Assembly (NCBI GenBank): GCA_963848135.1
Contig: CAWKCK010000017.1
Coordinates: 186,001 to 250,000, forward strand
Direction of reading: 5' to 3'
Length of the DNA: 64,000 nt
From: an uncultured delta proteobacterium
GTDB taxonomy: Bacteria > Desulfobacterota > Desulfobacteria > Desulfobacterales > SG8-13
In this document: positions 30,886 through 41,576 of the stretch, piece after piece
Layout: each line of letters begins with the position of its first letter
Numbering within the stretch: the first letter of the stretch is position 1
Translations under genes and position numbers: made by a program
Notes under the pieces: generated by a model
What the model saw: the letters and a program-made list of their open reading frames with translations, nothing else
Databases searched by the model: none
Told to the model about the DNA's origin: nothing

Positions 30886-30958
30886 CCAAACGTATGCAAT
30901 GAGCCGTGTTTGACAGGATAAAGCAGTCAACCGCCAGGCAATAGGAATCAAAGAGAGT

Positions 30959-32780
30959 ATGTGCGGCATTATTGGTTTATATAATAAACAAGGAAGCGTC
31001 GAACCTGATAAACTATCGAGGGCAGCCCAAACCCTGGCGCATCGCGGTCCCGACCATAGCGACAGGTTTGTCGACGGCCCGTTCGGTATGGCCCACACGA
31101 GATTGTCGATTATTGATCTTACCGGCGGTGACCAACCATTGTTCGCCCGCAACGGGGAACTGGCCTTGATCGCCAATGGTGAAATATACAATTTCATCGA
31201 ATTGCGCCGGGACTTCAAAAAGCGTGGCCATCGATTTACAACCCATTCGGATTCGGAAGTTATCCTGCATGCATATATGGCGTTCGGCACGGACTTCTTA
31301 AAAGTGCTGAACGGAATGTTCGCCTTTGCTCTTTACGACAAAACAAAACAGCGGCTCATTCTGGCGCGCGACCGGCTTGGAATCAAGCCGCTGTTCCTCG
31401 CTCATCTGTCCACCGGTGTCGCATTTGCATCTGAGTTAAAAGCACTTCTGCGTCTCGATCCGAACACACCTGAAATCAATGCCGCCGGATTGATTGAATA
31501 CATCCAGAACCAGTTCAGCTCGGAACGCAAAACGGTACTCAGAGGTTATGAGCGTGTTTTACCGGGCGAAGCCGTCTGCATCGAACGTGGCCAGGTGATC
31601 AAACGCTGGCAGTACTGGTCGGCACAGATGGTTAAACCGGTAGAAACCGATTTCGAATCTGCCAGAGAAGAATTCGATCGATTGATGGAAACGGTCATGC
31701 AGGAGCACATGCGCTCCGATGTTCCCTTTGGCCTGTTTCTCTCGGGCGGTGTCGACTCGTCGATTCTCTTGGCCCTTCTCAGTCGTTACAAAAACGAACC
31801 GATCCGGACATATTCGATTGGATTTTCCGGCGCGCGCCTAAAAGACGAACTGCCGCAGGCAGAAAGCCTAGCCCGGCACATGGGCAGCCGCCACACATCT
31901 ATCCGACCGGATCCGATCGCCATTTTCCACAGCCTGCCGTATACGATTTGGGCGGCCGATGAATTAATGCGAGATTATGCCAGCCTCCCGACCGCCCTGC
32001 TGGCGGAAGCCGCCGGCAAAGACCTGAAAGTCGTTTTCTCCGGCGAAGGCGGAGACGAAGTGTTTGCCGGATACGGCCGTTACCGGCCATCAAAATTTGA
32101 AAGTTGGTTTAAAGGAATGACAAGGCCAGGAACCGCCGGCTTCAGGACCCGGGGAACTCTGCGAAATCGATGGCCCCGCCGGCTTTTGAATTCGGACCTG
32201 CTGAGCCGAGTGAAAAAAGCCCGCGCACCCTTTGTCAATGCCTGGCATGCCGCCCCCTCCAGCTGGAGCCGATTGCAGCGTATGCAATACGTCGATCTCG
32301 TGACGGCTCTGCCAGACAACCTTCTGGTCAAACAGGACCGCATGCTGATGGGCTGGAGTCTTGAAGGGCGGGTGCCGTTTCTCGATCACCGGGTGGTGGA
32401 ATTCGGATTGGCACTGCCGGATCGCTTGAAAACTGACCGAAACACAGGGCAAAATTTTCCTTAAACGCTGGGCACGTAAATACCTGCCCGACGACCACCT
32501 TTTCGGGCCAAAACTCGGTTTTTACGTGCCGATCGGGGAATGGATCGGGGTCTCCTTTATAAACGCATTGGCGGAGATCCTGCCGAAGCACCCGGCCATT
32601 CAGGCCTGGTTTCGCCCCGAGGGCGTAAGGCAACTTCTTATGACATGCCGTGGCTCACGTCCTGCTATCCGGATGGTCTGGACCTTGCTGCAGTTTGCGA
32701 TTTGGTATCAAATGTTTGTCGATGGACCGGGTGAACGGCCGCCGGTTCGTTTGGATCCGTTGGCATACCTTTCGGCGTGA
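30959..32780 (+). pseudogene. asnB: Asparagine synthase-like glutamine amidotransferase, frameshifted near 32441-32452
   Basis: MCGI, HRGPD, RLSIID, NGEIYN, LSGGVDS, SGEGGDE, EGRVPFLDH. After the stop at 32464, the +1 frame reads GKIFLKRWARKYLP...PKLGFYVPIGEW to 32780. Confidence 0.8.
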
Positions 32781-32896
32781 TGTCCGATATGGATGTCTTC
32801 TCACTTAAACATTGCACCCGGATTCGATCGGTATTTAATTCTGAATAGCGCGACAAAATAAAAATATTATCACAGGACGCTACGAATCGAGCGGAG

Positions 32897-34069
32897 ATGA
32901 CACGCGATTTAAATAGACAGCCCTTATCGGAGAAGAGAGAGAGAACCGAGCGGACCGAACAGCCGAAAATCGCCGTGTTCGTATCATTCTCGGGCATGGG
33001 TGGGGTCGAGCGAATGATCCTTAACCTGTGTGAAGGATTGCTCCAACTTGGCTGCCAGGTGGATCTGCTTGCGGTTAAATCTCAAAGCGTACACCTTAGC
33101 GACCACTTTTCGGCCTCACTTTCCGTACGCAGTCTAACGGCCAATCATACCCTGACCAGCCTGCCGGCGCTGGTCCATTACCTTAAGACCGAGCGTCCGG
33201 ATGCGCTGCTGGCAGCCAAGGATCGTGCCAACCAGATTGCCATAATCGCCAGGAAATTCGCCGGTGTTCCCACCCGGGTCGTGGTTCGGATGGGGACGAC
33301 CGTTTCAGCGGCTCTGGACGGGAAAAATCCGTTGAGGAAAATGGCCTGGTACCTGCCGATGAGGCTACTCTATCGTAAAGCCGATGCGATTATCGCCGTT
33401 TCCCAAGGGGTGGCCCAGGATATGGCACATATCACCGGACTTGGGCAGGCGGCCATAAAGGTTGTCCAGAATCCGGTCATCTCGGATCAGATTTTCGAGC
33501 GGGCCCGGGAACCGGTTTCCCATGCCTGGTTGACCGAACAAAAAGAACCGGTAATTATGGGCATCGGCCGCCTCACTCGGCAAAAAGATTTTCCAACCTT
33601 GATCCGTGCCTTCGCCCGGGTCAGGGCATCCTTGGTCTGCCGCTTGATCATTCTGGGTGAAGGTAACGATCGCAAGAGTCTCGAGGATTTGGCCAAACAA
33701 CTTTCCGTCGAAGCTTTTGTCGACATGCCTGGTTTTGTAAACAATCCGTATGCGTATTTGGCCCGCGCCAGCTTATTTGTGTTGTCATCAGCATGGGAGG
33801 GCTCACCCAACGTCCTGACTGAAGCTCTTGCCCTGGGCGTACCGTCAGTGGCAACCGATTGTCCCAGTGGCCCCAGGGAAATACTGCGTAACGGTGCGAT
33901 AGGCAAACTGGTCCCCGTCGGAGATCCTCGAAATCTGGCTGATGCCATGCGGGAAACCTTAACCAGCCCACCCGATAATGCGCGGTTAAAAAACGCCGTC
34001 CGGGACTACACCGTTGAATCGAGCAGCAGGCGGTATCTCGATATACTGCTCAATCGGAAACCAGGATAA
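32897..34069 (+). CDS. GT4 glycosyltransferase, paralogue of 29773-30885
   Basis: SGMGGVER, GRLTRQKDF, NPYAYL, SAWEGSPNVLTEALALG. Confidence 0.88.
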   Translation: MTRDLNRQPLSEKRERTERTEQPKIAVFVSFSGMGGVERMILNLCEGLLQLGCQVDLLAVKSQSVHLSDHFSASLSVRSLTANHTLTSLPALVHYLKTERPDALLAAKDRANQIAIIARKFAGVPTRVVVRMGTTVSAALDGKNPLRKMAWYLPMRLLYRKADAIIAVSQGVAQDMAHITGLGQAAIKVVQNPVISDQIFERAREPVSHAWLTEQKEPVIMGIGRLTRQKDFPTLIRAFARVRASLVCRLIILGEGNDRKSLEDLAKQLSVEAFVDMPGFVNNPYAYLARASLFVLSSAWEGSPNVLTEALALGVPSVATDCPSGPREILRNGAIGKLVPVGDPRNLADAMRETLTSPPDNARLKNAVRDYTVESSSRRYLDILLNRKPG

Positions 34070-34115
34070 ACGGTTTTTTTTAAAGATCTGAGGGCTTGCT
34101 GAAAGGAGCGATCCG

Positions 34116-34766
34116 TTGCTGCTGTCATTGCGATACAATTTTTTATTCGTTCACATTGCCAAAACCGGTGGGACCAGCATACGCGCAACACTCAACCGTT
34201 ACCGCTGGCGAGATCCGTATTATATACCGGCGGCCATCTGCAGTCGCATCAGCTCATTCACGAGTCATCGCATCGGGTGTAAATTGCCGCGGCATGCAAA
34301 GGTTATTGCAGCCTCCGAAATGCTTCCACGGGAAATCTTTCAGCATCTGTTCAAGTTTGCTTTCGTGCGCAACCCCTGGGATCTTCAAGTCAGCTCTTAT
34401 CACCATATTCGCCGGGAAAGACCGCACCTCATGGCTGGCCATGACGACTTCGAAAGTTTTCTGCGTTATAAACTGGACCCGGTTCGCTCCTATCAGTACC
34501 ACATCGACACCTCCATCGAGTTGCAAAGCGAATATCTGGTTGACCTCAGGGGCAATGTCATCGTCGACTACATTGGACGCTTTGAAAACTTAGAGAGGGA
34601 CTTCCGTGAAGTCTGCCAGCGAATCGGCATTAAATCAGCGCACCTGGTTCACCGGCGCAAAGCCAAGAAAAGAGTTGATTACCGCAGCTATTACAACGAT
34701 AAAACGGCCGAGTTGATCGCTAAACGTTTTAAACGGGATATCGATTTGTTCGACTACAAATTTTAA
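34116..34766 (+). CDS. Sulfotransferase family protein (Sulfotransfer_2-like)
   Basis: FVHIAKTGGTSI (5'-PSB loop), FAFVRNPWD...S.Y (3'-PB), IGRFENL. TTG start after AAGGAG. Confidence 0.8.
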   Translation: MLLSLRYNFLFVHIAKTGGTSIRATLNRYRWRDPYYIPAAICSRISSFTSHRIGCKLPRHAKVIAASEMLPREIFQHLFKFAFVRNPWDLQVSSYHHIRRERPHLMAGHDDFESFLRYKLDPVRSYQYHIDTSIELQSEYLVDLRGNVIVDYIGRFENLERDFREVCQRIGIKSAHLVHRRKAKKRVDYRSYYNDKTAELIAKRFKRDIDLFDYKF

Positions 34767-34892
34767 GCGCCGCTCCCTCGACAATAATATTCGCGTGACC
34801 AAGCCAGACCGGTTTATACCGTTTTTTAAGAATAAATTCCGCCATACCGAAGGATGGAACGTATTTTTGACAACCACTTTAAGCGGATTTTC

Positions 34893-36098
34893 CTATCGCT
34901 TTCGGTCACCCCTCAAGGGGGCCTTTCGATCGTGAAATGGATCTATCGAACCGCCAAGGTGCCTAACGACCTCATTCTCGAATGCCGCCTGGTGGTTTCC
35001 CAGCGACATATCAACACCCATCACCGCCACATCGACCGACCAGGGCATTTGATGGGTCAAGCGAGCGTAATCCTTTTCGGTTGTGCAGACAACCTCGGCG
35101 CCAACCTGATGCGCAACCCGCTGCAGAGCAATCCCATCATCGATCGAATACGGGTAGTGGTCCGCAAACCCTGTGAACCCCGCAAGGTCGCATCCGAGTG
35201 ACTCGAGCGTCTGCCTGAAGCCGTCGTTTCCCGCAATGCCTGAAAAGCCGAACACCGTTCTGCCCTGAAGCCAGTGGAGATCGGTTGCGGTTGTCGATTC
35301 GGACGGCGGTTGCAGGGTTTGCGAGTCGGAAGGTACCCATTTCGAAAGAAAGGGTTTGTGTGAACCGGTGTATACCGGTCTGTTCCCGATGACATGTCGT
35401 AGACGATCAACAGCAACTCGCTCGTCGGATTGGTTTCGAGTGAGTATGAAGATATCACCGCGCTGGAGGGCGGATACCGGTTCTCTGAGGATGCCCCGCG
35501 GCAACAGATGATAATTGCCGAAAGGGCATGCGCTGTCCAACAGGACCAGGTTAAGGTCACGCCACAACTTTAAATGCTGAAAAGCGTCATCGAGCAGGAT
35601 GACATCGGATTGAAACGCCTTAAGCGCGAGACTCCCGGATTCAAATCGGTTACGACCGATAACCACCGGAACACCGATCTGCTGCAATCGCCCGGCCATC
35701 ATCCAGGGTTCGTCTCCCGTTTTCTCGGCGCTCATGTAAAATTTGCGACCATCGCTGACTATTCCGCCCCGTCTTTCTGCGCCCCCTTTATACCCCCTGC
35801 TGATGACCGCGGGCCTGAATCCACGCCGGTGAAGTATTTCCGCCAGAAGGATAGTCATGGGCGTTTTTCCGGTGCCGCCGACGGCAATGTTTCCGACAGA
35901 TATGACTCTGCAGGGAAGCCGCCTGATCTTCAAATATCCGGTTCGGTATCCAAAAGTTCTCAAGCCCACCGCAGCACCGTAAATCCGGGAAAAAATGTTG
36001 AGGCCAGCAGCCAACGGGCTTCTGCCTGCGCCCTGATCCGAGTGCATCACTTTTTCAATATTACGTCTCAAACCGTCCGTCTTCTTTTCGGTTTTCAC
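34893..36098 (-). CDS. lpxK: Tetraacyldisaccharide 4'-kinase
   Basis: SVGNIAVGGTGKTP, SRGY, GDEP, LDDAFQH, LLPRGILREP, FADH, TTEKD. Confidence 0.95.
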   Translation of the reverse strand: MKTEKKTDGLRRNIEKVMHSDQGAGRSPLAAGLNIFSRIYGAAVGLRTFGYRTGYLKIRRLPCRVISVGNIAVGGTGKTPMTILLAEILHRRGFRPAVISRGYKGGAERRGGIVSDGRKFYMSAEKTGDEPWMMAGRLQQIGVPVVIGRNRFESGSLALKAFQSDVILLDDAFQHLKLWRDLNLVLLDSACPFGNYHLLPRGILREPVSALQRGDIFILTRNQSDERVAVDRLRHVIGNRPVYTGSHKPFLSKWVPSDSQTLQPPSESTTATDLHWLQGRTVFGFSGIAGNDGFRQTLESLGCDLAGFTGFADHYPYSIDDGIALQRVAHQVGAEVVCTTEKDYARLTHQMPWSVDVAVMGVDMSLGNHQAAFENEVVRHLGGSIDPFHDRKAPLRGDRKR

Positions 36099-36111
36099 CA
36101 GAACGTACCTA

Positions 36112-37188
36112 TTATTCCGGGTTCAACAGGGTCACCACGCTGGCAGCCACAAAAACGATATTGGTCGTCCATGCGGCAATAATCGGCGGAAGAACACCTC
36201 CGTAACCAAGAGACAGGCAGAAACTGTTCAGTGCCCAGTAGAGGAAGGCCACGCCGATCCCCATGGCGATAATGATAAACAGATTGTCCTTGAATTTCTG
36301 CTTCACGCCGACCCCCAACGCCAGAAGGCATAGTATGATACAGACGAAGGGAAAGGCTATTTTGGCGTGCAGATCGACACGGTACTGGGTCGCGTCGTAG
36401 CCCTCATTTTCAACGGTGTGGATGTAGTCCCAGAGCTCCAGGACATTCATTTCCTCCGACTTTTTGGCGACTCTTTCAAAATCTTCAGGTGAAACCTCCA
36501 TGGTTTCGGCCCATTGCTCGTGGAAGACGATAGTATAGTCACCTGTCTGCGGCGATAAAGTCTGTTCGAGAATATTGTCAAAAATCCACTGGCCATCCGT
36601 GAAGGTTGCTGAAGCCGCATCAACCTGGCGTATGAGGCTGAACTCTTTGTCGAAATAATAGAGGGTAATACCGGAGATCGTCCGGGACGATGGGTTGTAA
36701 TACTTGATATGGGAGATACTGCGGTTGCCCTTGATCCAGATGTTCTTCTCTCTGGATGCCAAGGCTTCTTCCTTTTTAACCTCGTGGGCATATATCTGAT
36801 TGGCCTTGCTGAAGCTAATCGGAACGAGGATGTCGGAAATCACAAAGAGAATCAGCAAAAAGAGGAAACCCAGGGAGAGGAGTGAGCGCAGGAAGAATGT
36901 CATGCTGATGCCGCCACTACGCAAGGCAAGCAATTCGTTGCGCTTGTTCATCAGCCCCAAAGCGATTAGGGCGGACAAAAAGATAGCCAGGGGAAACATT
37001 TGCGCCAGAACAAATGGGATCCGTAACAGAAAAAACAAGCCGACACGCAGAAACGGCACTCCGGATTCGATGAAATCGTCAATCTTTTCGAAGAAATCGA
37101 CGGCCACGAATATGCTGATCACGGTAACCAGAATGATACCGAGCAGCTTGAACATTTCTTGAATGAAATATCGATCGAGAATAAACAT
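36112..37188 (-). CDS. lptG: LPS export permease LptG
   Basis: ILDRY, NELLALRSGG, 3+3 TM layout around a periplasmic domain; follows lptF. Confidence 0.88.
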   Translation of the reverse strand: MFILDRYFIQEMFKLLGIILVTVISIFVAVDFFEKIDDFIESGVPFLRVGLFFLLRIPFVLAQMFPLAIFLSALIALGLMNKRNELLALRSGGISMTFFLRSLLSLGFLFLLILFVISDILVPISFSKANQIYAHEVKKEEALASREKNIWIKGNRSISHIKYYNPSSRTISGITLYYFDKEFSLIRQVDAASATFTDGQWIFDNILEQTLSPQTGDYTIVFHEQWAETMEVSPEDFERVAKKSEEMNVLELWDYIHTVENEGYDATQYRVDLHAKIAFPFVCIILCLLALGVGVKQKFKDNLFIIIAMGIGVAFLYWALNSFCLSLGYGGVLPPIIAAWTTNIVFVAASVVTLLNPE

Positions 37189-37269
37189 GGCGATAGATAA
37201 TCAGTGCGTTTACCGGCCTTGGTCAACAGACGTCCTTGGCCTCTTGATTCACCATCCGCAGAAGGCCGC

Positions 37270-38451
37270 TTAGGACGGTTTGCTGCCCATCCGGCTCATC
37301 GAGTGCCACAAGCGATAGATTGGCGCTGCAATCCGGAAATGTCGCTCCCGGGCCGAGCCAACCAGCAAACACACACCAAGCAATCCCATAACGACATTCG
37401 GTCCCCACATGGCCAATGGCGGCGATACACGCCCGCTTTCACCCAGGACATGCCCCGCGGAGAGCAACAGATAATATATCAAAAAGAAGACCAAACCGAC
37501 TAAAAGGCCGAGTGAAGGGCGTTCAGATTTTGACTGAATGCCGAGGGGAACGGCCAGGATGCCCAACGCAAAACAGGCAAACGGCATGGCAAGTATTTTG
37601 TGGAACCGCACCAACATGTTGTTCCTTTGCCAATGATCACCGGCATCTTTCAGGAATTCGTCCAGCTCCGGCAAGGTCATTTCTTTCCATCTCTTGGTCG
37701 GACTCCCGGAAGTCGCCAGGGCAGTCTTAAGATCGAGACGAATGTCGTACGTCTCGAAGGTCGTCGAATTGGCCGAACGGTTTTCAAGCTGGACCTGGTT
37801 GATCCGCCCGTCGTAGAGTCTAAGGTGATAAATCAAGTCGCCCTCTGCGCTGTACAGCTTTCCCAGCGGCGCCACAACAGTGGTGACGAGATCCTTTTTC
37901 CGTTTGTCTTCAATGAAGACATCAATCAGAAGTTTCTTTTTCATATCGATATCATTGATATACAACATGACATCTTTAAAGCTGTCATTGAATGTCCGCG
38001 CTTTGAGACCGATGTCGAGGTTCTGGGATAGAACTCTTAGGGTGAGATCCCTGATGGCTTGTTCGGCATTCGGCGCCCCGTAGGCGGACATGAAAAACGT
38101 CAACAAATAGCCACTAAGGCAGAATATAAAGACCGGCGGCAGTAATCGGTAGAGACTGAGGCCGCTGGTCTTCATGGCAATGATTTCGTTGTCGCTGGAC
38201 ATCCTCAGAAAGGTCAAAAGAATCGCCATCATCACCGACATCGGAACGACGAACATGAAAAAGAATGGGGTAGATAAAATCAGGATTTTCAGAATGGAGA
38301 AAAGATCGACATTGTAGTTGACGATCAGGTTGGTTATCTTGAGCATCTGCGCCATCAAAAATACAAAAGTAAAAAAAATCAGTGTGACAAGGAAAGGCGC
38401 AAATAGTTCTTTAAAGATATATCGGTTGAGTATAGAGTTAATGATCATCAT
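37270..38451 (-). CDS. lptF: LPS export permease LptF
   Basis: ILNRYIFKE, RMSSDNEIIAMKTSG, AMWGPN. Confidence 0.88.
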   Translation of the reverse strand: MMIINSILNRYIFKELFAPFLVTLIFFTFVFLMAQMLKITNLIVNYNVDLFSILKILILSTPFFFMFVVPMSVMMAILLTFLRMSSDNEIIAMKTSGLSLYRLLPPVFIFCLSGYLLTFFMSAYGAPNAEQAIRDLTLRVLSQNLDIGLKARTFNDSFKDVMLYINDIDMKKKLLIDVFIEDKRKKDLVTTVVAPLGKLYSAEGDLIYHLRLYDGRINQVQLENRSANSTTFETYDIRLDLKTALATSGSPTKRWKEMTLPELDEFLKDAGDHWQRNNMLVRFHKILAMPFACFALGILAVPLGIQSKSERPSLGLLVGLVFFLIYYLLLSAGHVLGESGRVSPPLAMWGPNVVMGLLGVCLLVGSARERHFRIAAPIYRLWHSMSRMGSKPS

Positions 38452-38561
38452 TGTCGCCCAAACATCATAGGCATCTGCCGATAGTCGCTTTTTTCACCAG
38501 AAAGTTACGCATCGGAAAGCCATATCCGCTGGATTTACCGCGCCAGTCGGCGTTCGCCGGA

Positions 38562-40346
38562 TCAGGGCGCGTGATTGTTTTGCGGCCAACCATAGACCGT
38601 ATCATCGCTAAATTGCATCTGGTAGAGCCGGTGGTATTCGCCCCGCAGAGCCAAAAGGTCTTTATGACTACCGGCTTCCTTGATCCGTCCATTAACCAGA
38701 ACAATAATCTTATCGGCATTGAGGATGGTAGACAAACGATGGGCGATGACAAAGGTCGACCGTCCGCGCATGAGATTTTCAAGTGCTTGCTGAACGACCT
38801 TTTCTGCTGCCGTGTCCAGTGACGCCGTGGCTTCATCGAGAATCAGTATTGGCGCATCTTTTAAAATTGCTCGCGCGATGCACAGCCGCTGCTTCTCGCC
38901 TCCCGACAGTCGCGCACCCAGTTCACCGATATAGGTGTCGAATTGTTTGGGAAAATTCAGGATAAAATCATAGGCGAAGGCGGCCTTGGCGGCGGCAGCG
39001 ATCTCGTCATCCGATGCCTCCAGTCGACCGTAGGCGATATTGTTGCGGACGGTGTCATTGAAAAGGATTGGTTCCTGAGTAACGATGGCAATCTGGCGCC
39101 TCAGGGAAGCGATGGAAGCCTTGCGAACATCGACCCCGTCAATGGTGATTGCCCCCTTGGAGACATCGTAGAAGCGCGGAATAAGGTTGACGAGGGACGT
39201 CTTGCCACCGCCGCTCATACCCACGATGGCCAGCACTTGCCCGGGTTCTACCACCAGGTCGACGTCCTGAAGAACCATTTCATCTTCGTATTTGAAAGCC
39301 ACCCGGTCGAAAGCCACCCGATGGGGGCGGATACTGATTTCAACCGGATTGAGATCTTCCGCAATCTCAGATTCGTGCTCGATGACATCAAACACCCGGT
39401 CAGTGGCAGAAAGCCCGCGCTGAAGCGCATTGTTGAATTTACTCAAATCCTTGACCGGTTTGTAAAGCAACAACACCGCCGTTAAGAACGAGAAAAAAGT
39501 TCCAGCGGTATAGGTCCCGGAAATCACACGGGACCCCCCAAACCAGACAATCGCCGCTGCTCCTAAACCCCCGAGGAAGAGATTGATGGGACTGGAAATC
39601 ACCCGGGCCTTGGTTTCTTTCATCTCCAACCGAAACAATTGCCGCGTTTTTTCAAAAAATCGTCTTTTCTCGTGAGGTTCCATTCCAAAGGCCTTGACGA
39701 TTTTGTTGCCAGCAAAGGTTTCGTGCATAAAGGCACTGATGTCAGCCATCGCTTCCTGGCAGCCTGTGCTCGTTCGCCGCACCCGACGTCCGAAAAATAT
39801 AATTGGCAAAAAAGCCACCGGCAGCACTAGGACGGCGAAAGCCGCCAGTTGCCATATCTGGTAGAAGATGACGAAAACCAACCCGACGATTGTGAAACAG
39901 TCGCGCAAGGACCCGGTGATGGTGGTCGAGAGCATATCTTTGACAAAATTGACGTCGTTGATAATGCGCGACATGAGAACGCCAGTGGTTTCTTTGCTGA
40001 AAAAGGACAGCGGGAGGTCGTGAATTCGGTCATAGAGTCGGTTTCTCAGGCGACGGATGATGTCCTGACCGACGAAGCTCATGAAGTAATCCCCATAATA
40101 CATTGCCAGACCGCGGAGAAGATAAAGAACGACGATGGCTGGTGGCAGGAACTTAAGCATCTGGTCGTTTTTATTGATAAATATGTCGTCCAGAACCGGT
40201 TTTACGAGAAAGGCGGCCGTTGAAGTGCCCGCCGCCTCGACCAGCATGCAGACCATGGCCAAGCCGAGTCGGGTTCTATTCTCCTTGACCAGATCGATCA
40301 ATTGATAATGTCGGTATTTTAGAAAACTTTTTTTCACACGTTTCAC
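38562..40346 (-). CDS. msbA: Lipid A flippase ABC transporter
   Basis: TMD plus NBD: GMSGGGKT, LSGGEKQR, LILDEAT, IAHRLST; next to lpxB. Confidence 0.9.
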   Translation of the reverse strand: MKRVKKSFLKYRHYQLIDLVKENRTRLGLAMVCMLVEAAGTSTAAFLVKPVLDDIFINKNDQMLKFLPPAIVVLYLLRGLAMYYGDYFMSFVGQDIIRRLRNRLYDRIHDLPLSFFSKETTGVLMSRIINDVNFVKDMLSTTITGSLRDCFTIVGLVFVIFYQIWQLAAFAVLVLPVAFLPIIFFGRRVRRTSTGCQEAMADISAFMHETFAGNKIVKAFGMEPHEKRRFFEKTRQLFRLEMKETKARVISSPINLFLGGLGAAAIVWFGGSRVISGTYTAGTFFSFLTAVLLLYKPVKDLSKFNNALQRGLSATDRVFDVIEHESEIAEDLNPVEISIRPHRVAFDRVAFKYEDEMVLQDVDLVVEPGQVLAIVGMSGGGKTSLVNLIPRFYDVSKGAITIDGVDVRKASIASLRRQIAIVTQEPILFNDTVRNNIAYGRLEASDDEIAAAAKAAFAYDFILNFPKQFDTYIGELGARLSGGEKQRLCIARAILKDAPILILDEATASLDTAAEKVVQQALENLMRGRSTFVIAHRLSTILNADKIIVLVNGRIKEAGSHKDLLALRGEYHRLYQMQFSDDTVYGWPQNNHAP

Positions 40347-40430
40347 TTCGACTGTTTGCTGTGGAACTGAATGCGGTTGGTTCGAAATTAAGGGCCCTTC
40401 CGGATTTCGGCATGCGACTGCTGTCCATAG

Positions 40431-41570
40431 TTATAACATGGATAGCGCAATCTCCGCCACCCGCATTGAAGCTCCGGAGCCTCCCAACTCTTTCTTGGCC
40501 GCCATCAGGTCTTCTTTTAACTGGGCGAAATTTGTCTGGTCGGCCAGCAGGTTGAATACCTGCTCCGAAATCGCTTCGGCCGAAACCTGATGCTGAACGA
40601 GTTCCGGCACGAGCCGTCGCCCGGCGATCAGATTGATCAGCCCGATGTGGTCAACCCGGACCAACGCCCTGGCCAACCAGAAGCTTATGGGAGATACTTT
40701 GTAGATAATCACCATCGGGGTTCCGGAAATGGCCGCCTGCAGCGTCACGGTTCCGGAGGCGGCCACGACCATGCGGCAGCGCGAAAAAATCCGGGTTACC
40801 GGTTCTGTCGTGAAAGAAACCGAACTGTCCGGCTTTAGTCCGGATACAATCGCGTCCAACATCTCACTGTCGACTGTCGGGGCAATGGAGACGATAAACT
40901 TCAGGCGCGGGTCCCGCTGGCGGATACTGCCGGCCGCCTCGAGCATGACCGGTAAAAGGCGCCTTATCTCCACCTCCCGCGAACCTGGCAAAAGCCCGAT
41001 GACAGATTGCGCTTCAGAACCCGTTTCCAATTGATATTCTTCATGATCGGTGTTGTCGTCGAGCAATGGATGGCCGACAAATGTAACCGGAATATCGTGT
41101 GCCTCGTAAAAATCAGCCTCGAATGGCAGGATGACGGCCATGTGGTCGACCAGTTTGCCAATTTTTTTGACCCGCCCCTGCCGCCAAGCCCAGATCTGGG
41201 GGCTGATATAATAGAGCACCCGAATTCCCTGTTTCTTGGCGGCTTCGGCCACCCGCAGATTGAAATCCGGAAAATCTATAAGGATCAGCAGATCAGGTTT
41301 AAGGCTTTGGAGTAGTTTTTTGGCCACTGCCATAGAGCGGTAAATCACCGGCAGTTTTGATACGACTTCGGTAATACCGACGACGGTAAGCGTTGCCGCA
41401 TCGACGATAATGCGCACCCCGGCTGCAGCAAGGTCTTTGCCGCCGATTCCGCAAAAAAAAATGTCCGGATCGGTCCGCCGCATTTCCCGCACCAGTTTGG
41501 CCCCGTGCTGGTCTCCGGAAGCCTCCCCGGCCACTATCATGACACATTTACGTCCGACAATCGCGTCCAT
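40431..41570 (-). CDS. lpxB: Lipid A disaccharide synthase
   Basis: AGEASGD, IDFPDFN, YISPQIWAWR, FVGHPL, LLPGSR, SGTVTL. Confidence 0.96.
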   Translation of the reverse strand: MDAIVGRKCVMIVAGEASGDQHGAKLVREMRRTDPDIFFCGIGGKDLAAAGVRIIVDAATLTVVGITEVVSKLPVIYRSMAVAKKLLQSLKPDLLILIDFPDFNLRVAEAAKKQGIRVLYYISPQIWAWRQGRVKKIGKLVDHMAVILPFEADFYEAHDIPVTFVGHPLLDDNTDHEEYQLETGSEAQSVIGLLPGSREVEIRRLLPVMLEAAGSIRQRDPRLKFIVSIAPTVDSEMLDAIVSGLKPDSSVSFTTEPVTRIFSRCRMVVAASGTVTLQAAISGTPMVIIYKVSPISFWLARALVRVDHIGLINLIAGRRLVPELVQHQVSAEAISEQVFNLLADQTNFAQLKEDLMAAKKELGGSGASMRVAEIALSML

Positions 41571-41576
41571 GGTTAA

